This document shows positions 11,719 through 23,750 of a stretch of 64,000 nucleotides of DNA, in pieces (position 1 is the first letter of the stretch; each line of letters starts with the position of its first letter). The stretch covers positions 62,001 to 126,000 of the forward strand of contig JBNJNM010000019.1 of NCBI GenBank assembly GCA_052426225.1, read 5' to 3'. A program made the translations under genes and the position numbers. Under the pieces are notes generated by a model. That model was not told the origin of the DNA. It ran no database searches and worked only from the letters and a program-made list of their open reading frames with translations. This DNA comes from Zancudomyces culisetae HAW-14-8. Taxonomy: Eukaryota > Fungi > Kickxellomycota.

Positions 11719-14646
11719 ATGGATCTAGAAAACATGATAGAATCAAAGCTAGGAATTAAATTAACAACAACCCAAAGTCCAAGAAAGCAGAAAAAGATCG
11801 ATTCTTTGCTCAATGAATTGAATTCAAGTCCGAAAAAAGTAGTTCACAAGCGCAAGGTGATGTACGAGGATATTGAGTTGGATAATTGGAAATTTCCGGA
11901 ACATTTGTACTACAAGAAACCGTCACCACTTCCAACATTGGCTAGAGGGTTTTTTACAAAGGATAGTGGAGAGCTAAATAAAAATAAACAGCAAAAGTAT
12001 GGGATAGAAGGTGCAGGGAAAATAGTGATCAGAGGGTACGACAAGTTTTATAATATTGGAGATACGGGGGCTGCGAATTGGGAGGAAATAGTTAGGCATA
12101 CAGTTGGACCATACGAACTTACAGTAAAAGAAAATGGATGTATAATATTGATATCAAGTCTGACAGTAGACTGCGAAGGTGGTGATAATACAAAACAAAC
12201 ATACAAGCTGGTGGTTACTAGTAAAAATGCTGTTAGTGGACAACATGCAGAGATTGGCAAACAATGGGTTAAGCGACACTTGGAAGAGATTGGGAGGAGC
12301 GAGGCAGAGTTTGGAGAATTTTTGGGGCGGTACAATGTGACAGCATTGTTTGAGTTGTGTGATGATGAGTTTGAGGAGCATATACTGGAATATGGGGGCA
12401 AAACGCGAGGATTATATTTACATGGTATCAATGACAACCAAGTAATTTTGGAAACGTGGGATAGTCGGATAGTACAGATTGTAGCAGAGTGGTTTGGATT
12501 CCATGTAACCAAGAGTTATCAGTTTGAAGAGTTGGATAAGCTTAAGGAGTTTACGGATAAGATTGGGGAGGATGCCGAGTTAGATGGTCGGGCGATTGAA
12601 GGATTTGTGGTGCGTTGTTGGTGGAGAGACAATAAGGGGGGGAAGACTGGAGAGGCGATTGAGAATGGAATTGGGGAGGCAGCTGATGAGAAAGAGCGGG
12701 AGAAGAGTAAGCAAGTGGCGGAGAAAAGGTATATGTTTAAGATCAAATATGATGAGCCATATCTAATGTACAGAGAATGGAGAGAAGTATCAAAAAAAAT
12801 ATTATCAGGGGCGGGAAAGGAGAAGGGGAAAGGAAAAGAAATAAACATGAATCGGGTAAAGTATGGATTGACAAAGGCGTATATAAAATGGCTTAAAAAG
12901 GAATACCAAGAGAATCCAAAGCAGTTTGATGGGTATTTACAAAACCAGGGGATTATTAGTGCTAGAAATCGGTTTTTAGAATATAATAAATTGCATGGAC
13001 AAGAAGAAGAGTCAAGCAAAATTGCAAGTACCAAAAAGAGTACAAATGGAAACAAAAAAGATAAAAGTAGAAGTGAAGATGTAGTTGAGGATGAACGAGT
13101 GAAGCGAATATTGCTAATGACAGTAGCGACAATTGGGTGTGGAAAGACGACAGTGTCAGTTGGGTTAAACAAGCTGTACGGGTTTGGACATGTACAAAAC
13201 GATAATATAACGGCCAAGAAGAACGCTAGACAAGCGTTCCACGATGCTATTGATAGAGAATATGAAGAGAATGGAAAAGCGGTGGTAATAGCTGACCGAA
13301 ACAATCATATTGAATTGTTGAGACGTAGTTTGGTTGAGCACGTCCAAGAAAAGGAGTATTTTTATCCAGAAGATGAAGTGGATGCAAGTTTCAAAGAGTT
13401 TAAGGTGGTGGCAATGTATTGGAATTGTAGTAATGTAAAGGAGGTCGAGAAACAAGCTGTGCAACGAATAGAGGCAAGAGGAGAAAACCATCAGTCATTG
13501 ACACCAAAACGCACAGGGAATTATAGGGCGGTAATCAACAAGTTTTTGAGAGATTTTGAACCGATTATAAAGGAAGCAAATAAACCGAAAGGAGGAAGAG
13601 GAAATGGAAATGGAAATGGGAATGGAAAACTGGGAGGGCAAGTTGAAGAGTATATAGATGAAGTAATAGAATTAGATCCATTAAAGAGTTCAGCACAGAA
13701 TTTGTATACGGTTATTGAGTACCTAACAATTCACTATCCACACTTGTTGAATCCAACAGAGTATTACCGGGAAGCATTGGGAGAAAAAGCCATCAATATT
13801 AATAATAAGAATGATGATAACAGGTTAACACCAGAGTTACTTGACCAAAATGTTATTCGTAATGTAGTTGATACTTATAAACCAACAGTTATTAAAAATG
13901 TAAAGGCAGTAGGCAAACCACAAAAGCCTAGGTATTTTGGATTGTTGGTCAATGATAGGAACCATTTCTACTCGCTATTTGAACAATTCCAGAAATCACT
14001 GCTTACCAAAACTAATGGTAATAGCACTAGTAATAGTAATAATGGTGGTGAGGAGGAAAAGGAAAAGGAAATGGAGATAGAGAAAATGAATGTACTAATG
14101 GAATCTATTAATCAAATATTATCCAACAAAAATTCTAGCATTAATGGTCATAATAATGGATCAAAATATAAAGCTATACCAAATGACTATCATGTAACTC
14201 TTGCTCATATTGGAAACACAGTAGCAGCAACAGCAACAACAAAAACAACATTGAATGGTAATAAAAATTTGTATGAGGAATATAATGCAAAAAGATCAAC
14301 ACTTGAAGGCAAAAAGGTCACATGTAAAGCAACGTATTTGATGGTAGGCGAAGAAGCAATGACTTTACAAGTACAGATAGAACCAGATGTTAGTGATGAA
14401 CAGGACAAGAAATTGTATTTTCCATGCATTAATGAACATCCACATATTACATTGGCCTTCAACAACAAGGCTAAAGATAGCAATGATATGTTGCAGTCGT
14501 TTTATTCATCGCCAAATAATGTTTCCTTAAGCTTGAAAGGTACTGGGTTTGTAAAGACGTTGCAAGGTCAAACCACCAAAAAGGTTTATGGATTTAAATT
14601 ACCAAGTTATTTCAAGTTGGTTACAACATTTAAGGCCTTTTTTTAG
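11719..14646 (+). CDS. TRL1: Fungal tRNA ligase Trl1 (ligase + polynucleotide kinase + cyclic phosphodiesterase)
   Basis: Ligase motifs LARGFF, RGYDKFYN, TVKENG (motif I), ELCDDEFEEH, EGFVVR and FKIK. Kinase P-loop TIGCGKTT plus DRNNH. Two 2H motifs, HVTL and HITL. Confidence 0.95.
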   Translation: MDLENMIESKLGIKLTTTQSPRKQKKIDSLLNELNSSPKKVVHKRKVMYEDIELDNWKFPEHLYYKKPSPLPTLARGFFTKDSGELNKNKQQKYGIEGAGKIVIRGYDKFYNIGDTGAANWEEIVRHTVGPYELTVKENGCIILISSLTVDCEGGDNTKQTYKLVVTSKNAVSGQHAEIGKQWVKRHLEEIGRSEAEFGEFLGRYNVTALFELCDDEFEEHILEYGGKTRGLYLHGINDNQVILETWDSRIVQIVAEWFGFHVTKSYQFEELDKLKEFTDKIGEDAELDGRAIEGFVVRCWWRDNKGGKTGEAIENGIGEAADEKEREKSKQVAEKRYMFKIKYDEPYLMYREWREVSKKILSGAGKEKGKGKEINMNRVKYGLTKAYIKWLKKEYQENPKQFDGYLQNQGIISARNRFLEYNKLHGQEEESSKIASTKKSTNGNKKDKSRSEDVVEDERVKRILLMTVATIGCGKTTVSVGLNKLYGFGHVQNDNITAKKNARQAFHDAIDREYEENGKAVVIADRNNHIELLRRSLVEHVQEKEYFYPEDEVDASFKEFKVVAMYWNCSNVKEVEKQAVQRIEARGENHQSLTPKRTGNYRAVINKFLRDFEPIIKEANKPKGGRGNGNGNGNGKLGGQVEEYIDEVIELDPLKSSAQNLYTVIEYLTIHYPHLLNPTEYYREALGEKAININNKNDDNRLTPELLDQNVIRNVVDTYKPTVIKNVKAVGKPQKPRYFGLLVNDRNHFYSLFEQFQKSLLTKTNGNSTSNSNNGGEEEKEKEMEIEKMNVLMESINQILSNKNSSINGHNNGSKYKAIPNDYHVTLAHIGNTVAATATTKTTLNGNKNLYEEYNAKRSTLEGKKVTCKATYLMVGEEAMTLQVQIEPDVSDEQDKKLYFPCINEHPHITLAFNNKAKDSNDMLQSFYSSPNNVSLSLKGTGFVKTLQGQTTKKVYGFKLPSYFKLVTTFKAFF

Positions 14647-14720
14647 AATTTTTCAAGTACATGATGGTTTACTGAATCAATGATAAATAAATAAACAAAT
14701 AAAAAAAAAGCTAGTTTAGT

Positions 14721-14905
14721 TTAGTTTAGGGTTACATAATTACCAGGGAACAATCCAAATTCACCACTTTCATTAATCCCCTGCCACCATTCATCTGATG
14801 GAAATTGAACATCACGGATCAGCTCCCCCTCTTGGAAACTCAATTCACCTTCTTCAGCAGCTATGTAATCGTAAATTGCTCTAGCTGTTTGTTCATGTCC
14901 CTGTT

Positions 14906-14940
<35 letters not shown>

Positions 14941-16984
14941 TCGGGTTCAGGATGTTGTTCATACTGATATGATTGTTGACGAGGTGGAAGTGATGGTACC
15001 TGCTCTTGTTGCTGTGGAGGTTGCGATCTTTGAGGCAATGGAGGAGGTGGTGGTGATTGAGACCTTTGAGGCAGTGGAGGAGGTGGTGGAGGAGAAGGAG
15101 ATCGATTTCTTTGAGGAGGTGGTGGTGGTGGTGGGATTGACGTTTGGGGTTGAGATCGGGGTTGGGATGGAGGAGGAGGAGGAGGAATCGATGATTGGAG
15201 TTGAGGTTGAGGTTGATGTGGTGGTGGGGGAGGGGGAATTGATTGCTGCGATTCTATTGGCTCAACAAAATTGGCGGGAAATTGGCCAGAGCGTTTATTA
15301 TCGGCGCTACGACCAGACCACCAATACTCATCATCAGTTTGCTCAACACAATAGATAATTTCACCTTCAACCAAATCCATTTCGTTTGCTTCTTCAGCCT
15401 GATAACTGTAAATAACCTTGGCTTGTTTTCCACTTTCCATCTCTACTTCTCTTTGCGTTTCTACTTTTGGTGTTGATATCTTTCTAACTGTATTAGAATA
15501 TCTTCTCTTTGTAGAATCTCTGCTCTCCTCTTCTTCTTTTACCTGCATATTGCCAATTCCTCCTCGTACTTGTCTGATTGCATCCAACTCTGCTTGTCTC
15601 TCTTCAGCTGGTGTTTGTCTCTTTTCCGGTTGTTGTTGTTGTTGCTGCTGTTGTTGCTGTCGTTGTTGTGACGGAGGCACAGCTCGTCTATTTCTCAACA
15701 TTTCCAACTCTTCTCTTGTGGTTTGAGCCTGAGTCTTTGGACTTTCTGGCTTTATATCAATACTTTGTTGTCGCTGTCGCTGTTGTTGTTGTTGCTGTTG
15801 TGGTGGTGGTGGTGGTGGTGATGTCTGGAAAGGACTAGTAACTGACTTTGGAACATTCTTTCTCTCTATCTCCTTCCCGACTCCCACTCCCGCTCCCGCT
15901 CCCACTCCACCTCCTCCTCCGTATATACTCGATAATAGTTTTCCTGAACTACCCTTGACTTCAAACAATGGCTTGGTTGCTACTGGCTGTGTAGCTGTTG
16001 GCGTGGTTCTCGCTGCACTTGCTCCAAACCCTGCTACTGGTTTTGTCACTGGAATTGGTACATTCTTTTTCTGCTGTGCTATTCCTACTCCTACCTTATT
16101 CACCTCTCTCACCTTCATCCCTGGTGCCATTATCACCGCTGGTTTCGGTGCTGAATATACCACTGGCTTCACTCTTGGTTTAGCTCCTCCAGTTCCAGTT
16201 CCAGCCCCTCTTCCTGCATATCCTGAATAGTTCGCTCCTGAACTTTCTGCTATCTTGCGTAGGATCTCTCCCGCCTCCAAGTCATCCTCTGTTCTTGCTT
16301 CAATCGCTACATGATAATTCCTTAAAACATTTTGTACCTCTCCAACCTGTGAACTCATTATTCCTTTACGAAATACTGGTACCCCTGATCCACACTATTT
16401 TTTATTTTGTTGTTGTTATTGTTATTGTTATTGTTAAATTATTTTTTAATTCTCCAATTCATTATTCCAATACTTGTTTCAACCTTTAAAACACGTTTAA
16501 AAAAGACCAAGTATTTATTTATAAATTTCACCAGTTACTCTTACTTACCCAAGATATAAATATAAACTTGTTTAGTTTACTGCTTGGATCCGTAACCCTG
16601 GCAAATCCATACTGGATCTTTCCTGAGTCAAACTCTTCTATCATTTCCTCTAGTCCATCACCTATTTTTATTATTATTATTCGTACCACCACTGTTTAGT
16701 CTTTTCCTTTCCTTTCCTTTCTTTTTGTTTATATACATTTTAAACACACTATACACTTCTCTTTTATTCAAACTATACCAAGCTGTTCTCAAAATAATAT
16801 CAATAATGATAATATCAATATTAAATGTTTGCATACCTCCTGTTGCCTCGACATCCAACTCATTTCCGCCTCTTGAAAACCCAAAAACTGCCCACGATAC
16901 CTGTTCATCTCCTTCCAGGATCCTTTTGTGTGTTGAGGAAATTTTGTATGAATTCGTTGATAAATCTACTCTTTGGCTACTCAT
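14721..16984 (-). CDS. ABP1: Actin-binding protein Abp1/drebrin-like: ADF-H domain, Pro-rich region, two SH3 domains (3 exons: 16984-16837, 16661-16549, 16394-14721; 644 aa)
   Basis: The spliced N-terminus reads [61 protein letters not shown] (ADF-H). The two SH3 domains are AKVIYSY..YWWSG..FPANFV and ARAIYDY..EWWQG..FPGNYV. Confidence 0.93.
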
Positions 16985-17682
16985 TATTCTCCTCCCTTTT
17001 GGTTTCTGTATTTGTTCTTGTTTCTTTTACTATTTAAATAAAAGAAATACAAATAACAAAAAATCATTGATTATATAGCTAAATTTCAAAATCCCCTCAA
17101 CACCACTACCACTACCACCCCCACTCCTCATCCTCCTCTCCCTCCCCCCCCACTTTCATTCCCAATTTCCATTCATTTTTTCATTTGATTTTTTCAATTT
17201 TGCATTATTTTTTTCTTGGTATTAAGCCTGTAGTAGTTTGTAAATAACAGAAGCCAAAAACCAAAAGCCAAATAGAATTGTTCCAAGAAAAAAATAATAA
17301 AACGGACCTAAATTTCCCAATTGCAACACATTGTTCATTATTATCACTTTTTTTCCCAATGCGTTTTGTTTGTTTTTATATTATTTTATTTCTATTTTTT
17401 TTTGTTGGGATTGAAATTGAAATTTAAAATTACCAATGCCAACGCTAATGTCAATGTTAATGTTAATATCAATACTAACGCCAATGCTAAAAAAATAAAT
17501 GAATTTTCCATACAAAATGTAACAACCAATATAAAATCGAGAATAACAAAAAAAAATTATACCAAGCTTTTATTTACGTGTGTATTAATATCATTTTTTG
17601 ACGTTACATTGAATATAATCGGCAAAAATATGCTTATAAATGCTAATAACGTAACCCCTCATCCCATCCCATTAATATTCTC

Positions 17683-19300
17683 TCATTTGTGTACTTGTGC
17701 AGTCAGTGGCTGTTCCGATAACCCACACAACAAGTTTTCTAATGCCAGATCTGACATTGCTGTCCGTGTCTCAATTGTCGCTGATCCAAGGTGTGGTAAA
17801 ATAAAGCAATTATCTGTGTCTTTAACCAGCGGATCATCCATAGATAATGGCTCGGGATCTGTCACATCCAAACCTGCCGCAAATATCTGGCTATCCTTTG
17901 CATGCATTGCATCCAGCAAGTCCTTTTGATTAATAATGGCTCCTCTTGCTGAATTCACAATAATCACGTTTCTCCTATCCTTACTCTTATTGGAGTTGAT
18001 CATTGCCAAGCTTTTTGCATTAATCAGGTGTCGTGTCGATTCTGTCAATGCACAGCATATACAAATTACATCCGCCTCTTCCATTATCTTGTCTACTGTA
18101 TCGGTATACTCCGTACTGAATCCAACATCGTCACTGTTACCGTTGTTTTTGTTTCCTAAAAGCAATTCTTGGGCTCGTGAGATCGAGTCGGCCATTTCCG
18201 TCAATACTCGCTCTTTCTCCTCGTTGCGAGTCCTTCCTGTATATAACAGTTTCTTGAATCCAAATGGAATCAATCTCATCGCTGTAGCTGTACCGATTCT
18301 ACCAAGCCCCACCATACCCAGTGTTTTACCCCCAAATTCCACTCCTGCAAGCCACATTGGCGACCAATCCTTCCACTAATTACATCAATAACTCGTCAGC
18401 AATTTATCAATAAACAAACCCATGCTAATCAAATATAAATCACTCTTACCTGACCATTAACAACTGCAGAGTATCCCTAAATGTATTCATAACCACATTT
18501 TCAAAATGTTTTACTACAACTTTTGAAAGACACACACATATACACATATATATACATACACTTCCTCTTCCACAAAGAGGATCATGTCCACATACTAAAT
18601 ACTTGCCTCTTTTGCTCTCCTAGCAGCATTTAAAACCAACATAGCTGTGATATCTGCAGTAGCTTCGGTCAAAACACCTGGTGTATTACCTATCAGTACC
18701 CTTTTTTCATTCAACAGCTTGACATCAATATGGTCATACCCCACCGACATTGTAGAAACCACCTTTAGCTGTGGACCTGCTGTCTCTACCAACTCCTTAT
18801 CGACTTTATCGGTTATCAAACAGTATACCCCATCAGCACCTAGTGTCCACAGTTTATTTCTTTTTATTAATTTACTCTAACTGTTATTGATATACAAGAG
18901 CCTAAATTTGAAAAACAATAGCAAAAATAAAAACAAAAACACTATTATCAGTAGAACGTACCCTTCACCGTTGATAGTAACTCTGATCGTGGTATTGTAC
19001 TACTCGAATTCCATTGCACAATATCCAGATTTTTGTTCGAACTAGGTACATTTCATCTTTTTTTTCAATATCATTCCCTTGAATCGTTTGATTTTATATA
19101 TTTTATTTTGAATTTAACAGAAATATATCGAAAAGGAAGAAAAAAAAGTTCTGAAATAGTATATCAAGTGAAGTTGTATATTACCTTTTTAGAAAATCGA
19201 TTTTCTCTTGTGTGCCAGCTGGCAAGGGCGAAGTGATAACTATTTTGCTCTTTTTCGTTACTTTGGCAAATTCTTTTACCAGCTTTTCCAATCTACTCAT
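17683..19300 (-). CDS. Glyoxylate/hydroxypyruvate reductase, D-2-hydroxyacid dehydrogenase family (5 exons: 19300-19185, 19041-18962, 18839-18607, 18476-18450, 18375-17683; 382 aa)
   Basis: Motifs STMSVGYDHID, GNTPGVLTEATAD, GLGRIG (Rossmann), NSARG, GLDVTDPEPL and LPHLGSAT. Exon phases close if intron 3 is GC-AG. Confidence 0.9.
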
Positions 19301-22268
19301 TTTGATCCTGTTTCTGTTTCTGTTCCTATTTCTTTTTTGATTCGATCTCTCTTTTCTTTTCTGCTTTTGCTCTATATTTGCCAAAACAACCACTATCGCT
19401 TGGTTCCGACAATATGTATTCTTTTGTGGATCAATATAAAAATGGATAAAACAGGACGGATATTAAATCTTTTTTTTCTCACTCTCCACCTGTTGTAGGA
19501 GGACGCGTGAAAAACGTTTCATGTCCCATTTCCCAGTACATAACAAATCATCGTAATTACATTTTAATCTATCTTTTGCTTGTTTCCATTCTGATTTTTT
19601 TGTTTCAAGTTTGTCGCATCAAATCGAGCTTTAGAACCTGAAAGACACAGCTTCAAACTCGTCTTACTTTGTATAATTCCAAAATATCCACGTTCTAGCT
19701 TTAGCCACTGCTATGAATATGTGCCCTTTCAAACAGCAAGATCGAGTTAATTATTCATTCATATTGCGCATAATAAAATAGCAAGGCTTTCAACAAACTG
19801 GATCTAGAAAACCATATGGATGTTGAACAACTCTTTTCTTACTGCCTCATGCATATCTTTTTTGCATACACTGTATGATGTAACTATAGGTTATAAGATC
19901 TCAATCGGCTAACACATAGAGATCATTGAATAAAAGTAGCATAACTTTTAGTAAATTCTGAGTTTAAAAGTAAATTGTGTAGTGATTTCTTGTTTGACCT
20001 GGGTTCACGCAACTATGGAACACTACTTAAAATATTTGCAAGTGTCCGAGATGCTTTACCATCCAAGTTAACATCTGTATTAACATACGCCTTTGCAAGT
20101 ACTGTTTCAGAATTGAAAATTCTACAGTATTTGGTGATGGGAACAGTTCATTTGTTCATTATTTCCAAGCATTTGTAGATAATAATAGAGTAGAAGCTAG
20201 GCTCGAACTGCAACTTCTTAATTAATATACAGTTTTTGTCTATTTTATTTATCCTAATATGGAATTATTGGTTTAACACAATTGTACCAAACGCATTGGA
20301 GTCACAGGATACCCAAACTATGTCTTATGATGGTGGGGGAAGGGTTTATATACCTCCTAATTAAAAAAAAATGTCTTAAAAACGTGCCAGCATAAACCAA
20401 CTAGATATACTGTGATTTAACTGCATTCACACGATACCTTTACTTTTAATTTTATTTTCATTAAATGCTTTTATATCTTTGCTAATTTGAGAACATTTCC
20501 TTTATACCATGAATTATGTGTTAATCAAAGTTGGGAAAAATTGTTTTCATGAACCTTGAGCGTTAAATGATATCGATAGGCATTTATGATATTGTAATGA
20601 ATTATAAATAAAATTAGTTTTTTATCATTGCTGAGTGTTTTTCTTTGTTGTTAAATATAAAATTGTTTACAAAATAAAAGCTAAATATATTTGCCTTAAA
20701 TAAGAAAAATTAAAAGCCAGATCCCGATTACAACCTGCTATTCCAGCTTGCAGAAACCACCCCATTTATCAAGGGAACTCGTTTCGATCCTTTCAATATA
20801 CACTATCTTTCCTTGTAAAGTATATTAGAAAAGGAGAGATTAGTTTAGCCAAATGTTCCAATCAATGGGCAATCCCTTTCTTTTTCTTATCGTGAATTCG
20901 GAATGTGTTGATTGTATTCATTCGATTGTGCGGGTGTGCGGGTGTGTTTTTTTAATTAATTTGTTCCATGGCTCTATAACTAATTCAGTAAAGCATATAA
21001 ATAAAACAAATTGTAATTTTTAAATTGGGGAAAAAAAACAATTCACGAAATTAATTCATCTTTCATTCCGGAAATTTGAATTGCCCTGTTGCGGTGTACA
21101 ACACTCTCTAGCCCTGTTTATTCCCTTTTGTGCAACTGTAGTGCTATTTAAATTACATTTGTATGAATAAATATCCTCAATAGCTACCAGAATATTGATT
21201 TTATCCAATATAAACAGATATAATGCACAAGATAATGGCCAAATAAAGTAAAAAGCCCCATAGTACTGTAACAAACATCAAAAGGCTGTGTAGTAGAAAC
21301 ATTGTCCGACTTTTTAGGATGGTTAAATATCAATATAACAATCGGGGAGTTGTCCAATCTCATCGTCGAAACATAATTATAAAAAAGATAAACTCTTTTC
21401 ACAAACCTATCAAAGTTAATTAACTGGACAAGCAATGGCGAGGCAAAAAAGAAAAAAAAATACTGCAATTACACTTTTGTGAACTCTTGAAATCGTGTTG
21501 ATTAATTAAATATGTAATGGTATTAATTGCGGATAATAAAGTTGGATAATCCCCATCTAGCACGATTTTCTTTGCGGTGTATTGAGACGATTAAAGGTGT
21601 AAATTAGACATGTTACATTTATTAAAAATGCCCTCTAATGGATATTACTACAGCCGCAACATACAAACCAGCGAAGGAGGATACCATATGACAAAGTTTT
21701 TACGCTTCAGCTAAAAGTTAAACCTTTAGTTCAACTTACTTTACAAAGGAGTCCAGAAGTATAAATACCGTTATGACTTCATGGAAAAAAAAACCCGGAC
21801 AATTAAATAAAACCAAAAACAAATCACAACAACAAAAAAAAGGATAGAACAAAGAAAAGAGGCAAAGACTAGAGTAAAATCAAAAAGAAAAAGAAAAATA
21901 GACAAAAAATTATAGTTATTGCGTTTATTTGATTACTGAATGGCTTTATACTAAGAAAAGCATGTAATCACCCAAGTCAACATGTAAAGAAGAAAGAAAG
22001 AAAAAAAAAGAAAAACATAATTTATATAGAAAATACACAAGGGTCCTTTGCTTTTAGTGCCCTTCATCATAAATTTAACATTTCTTTTTAACATATAACA
22101 TGGTATATTTACTACCATCCTTTAATAGAAAGTCCAAAGGTGTTTATTTTTTGTTGTTGATATCCATTTCTTCATTTAGTATATACCAATCATTTTTTCA
22201 TAAAAAAAAAAGAATAATTTCAAAAGGATAAAGCAGAGTTAATCGAGAAAGATAAAGGAGGGAAAAGA

Positions 22269-22943
22269 ATGAGTACTGTTGCTGAGTATACATATGCTAT
22301 TTCTAGCGCACGCAGATCAATAAGCATTGAACAAATAGTCGAGGACTCTAAACATGAAAACGGGGAAATATTGAAAATCGTTCTTGGCGTATCGCTTTCG
22401 ATGGTTGGGATACTGTTATTGCTGATGGTAGTTAGAAATTTGCTAGGTTCTATCAATAAAAAGAGGCAGAGTACAGAAATAAGCAGGATCGTGGTGCAAA
22501 ACGAATCGATATGTTTACCAAAGTATTCTGAAGGATGTGCGTCAGTAGAGCAAACGGATGATTTCTGTAATATTGATATTGCACATCAAAGCCAACAGTC
22601 CATAAATTTAACAGCAATTGAGATGGAAAAGTTCAGAGTAGTCAAGTTTAAGAGGTATTTATTCAAAGCGTCAACCTTGATAAGGTATCTAAATGAAAGT
22701 ATTTTTGGAAATATTGGCGCACACAACTATTTTGAAACAAGGGGGATGAAGGACGAACGGGGATGGTGCAAGGTTTCTGTTTGTAGCATTTGTAGGAGAA
22801 AGATAAAGCTAAATGACTACATTAGAGAAATTCCGTGTAAGCACATCTTTCATAACGAGTGTCTGTATAATTATCTTTTGAATATTGCAAGAAACTGTCC
22901 ATATTGCAATATGGATTTGAAATACGAAGCATGTAATGGCTAA
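22269..22943 (+). CDS. Single-TM RING-H2 E3 ubiquitin ligase (ATL-like architecture)
   Basis: TM segment IVLGVSLSMVGILLLLMVV; CSIC..IPCKHIFHNEC..CPYC. Confidence 0.8.
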   Translation: MSTVAEYTYAISSARRSISIEQIVEDSKHENGEILKIVLGVSLSMVGILLLLMVVRNLLGSINKKRQSTEISRIVVQNESICLPKYSEGCASVEQTDDFCNIDIAHQSQQSINLTAIEMEKFRVVKFKRYLFKASTLIRYLNESIFGNIGAHNYFETRGMKDERGWCKVSVCSICRRKIKLNDYIREIPCKHIFHNECLYNYLLNIARNCPYCNMDLKYEACNG

Positions 22944-23750
22944 AAAAAAAAAAACAAAGGAAAATGAAATGAGGTTGGGCTTTATCTTTTTTATGTTTTA
23001 TTTTTTATTTTTTTCATTTACCAAAAGAACGGATGAGGATAACAGAAACTGTAAATATTATTATGCTTTTTTAGTCATTTTTGTATCATTTTCGAGAACC
23101 AAGGTTACCCCCCCTCCCCTCTTTCTCGTCTTGGATTCTCTTTTTTATGAGAAATTTATTAAATTTCCCATTACTAATAGTAGATATGATCACCATTAAT
23201 ACCATTACGATCAATAAATACATTTATCATATAGCTTTAACATATCTACAACTATTATTTAAAAAAAAACAACATTTTATATGAGGAAAGGAATAAATGT
23301 TGAAGAATCAAAAAAAAAAGTGTCACAAAGGACAAGATGTTTATACCAGTTAGTTGTACATTCAACTTGTTTGACTTCCAGTGTAGAACAGTAGAATAAA
23401 TTTTACGCTTTAATGTAGCAAAGAACCGTCAAGTTAAAACGATCTTGGAATTTGTTCAGTGAAGCTTGAATATATATTTTATTTGGCTGACTTTTATCTT
23501 TCTCCTCAGCATCACTAAAACGTAAATATGCCACTAACCAATACATATTTTGAACAAATTTCGGCAAATGAATTAATTACTCGAAATTAAAACCTATAAT
23601 TGAAATTGGAAAAAAAAAAAAATTAGAAAAAATAATCAAATAGATTTACCTATATACAAACCATACTTTACTATATTATTCCATTATACAACACACATTT
23701 CAAAAAAAAAAAAAAAAGAAACGAAGAGTGTGGATAAATTAGATGGAAAA

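Noticed and set aside
17321-17929. 202-aa plus-strand ORF
   Set aside because: It has a TTG start, comprises low-complexity UTR plus antisense of glyoxylate reductase, and shows no domain.
19500-22200. Short ORFs, including a CxxC..CxxC-like frame near 20030-20220
   Set aside because: No ATG or splice model and no family motif; this cannot be supported without a search.
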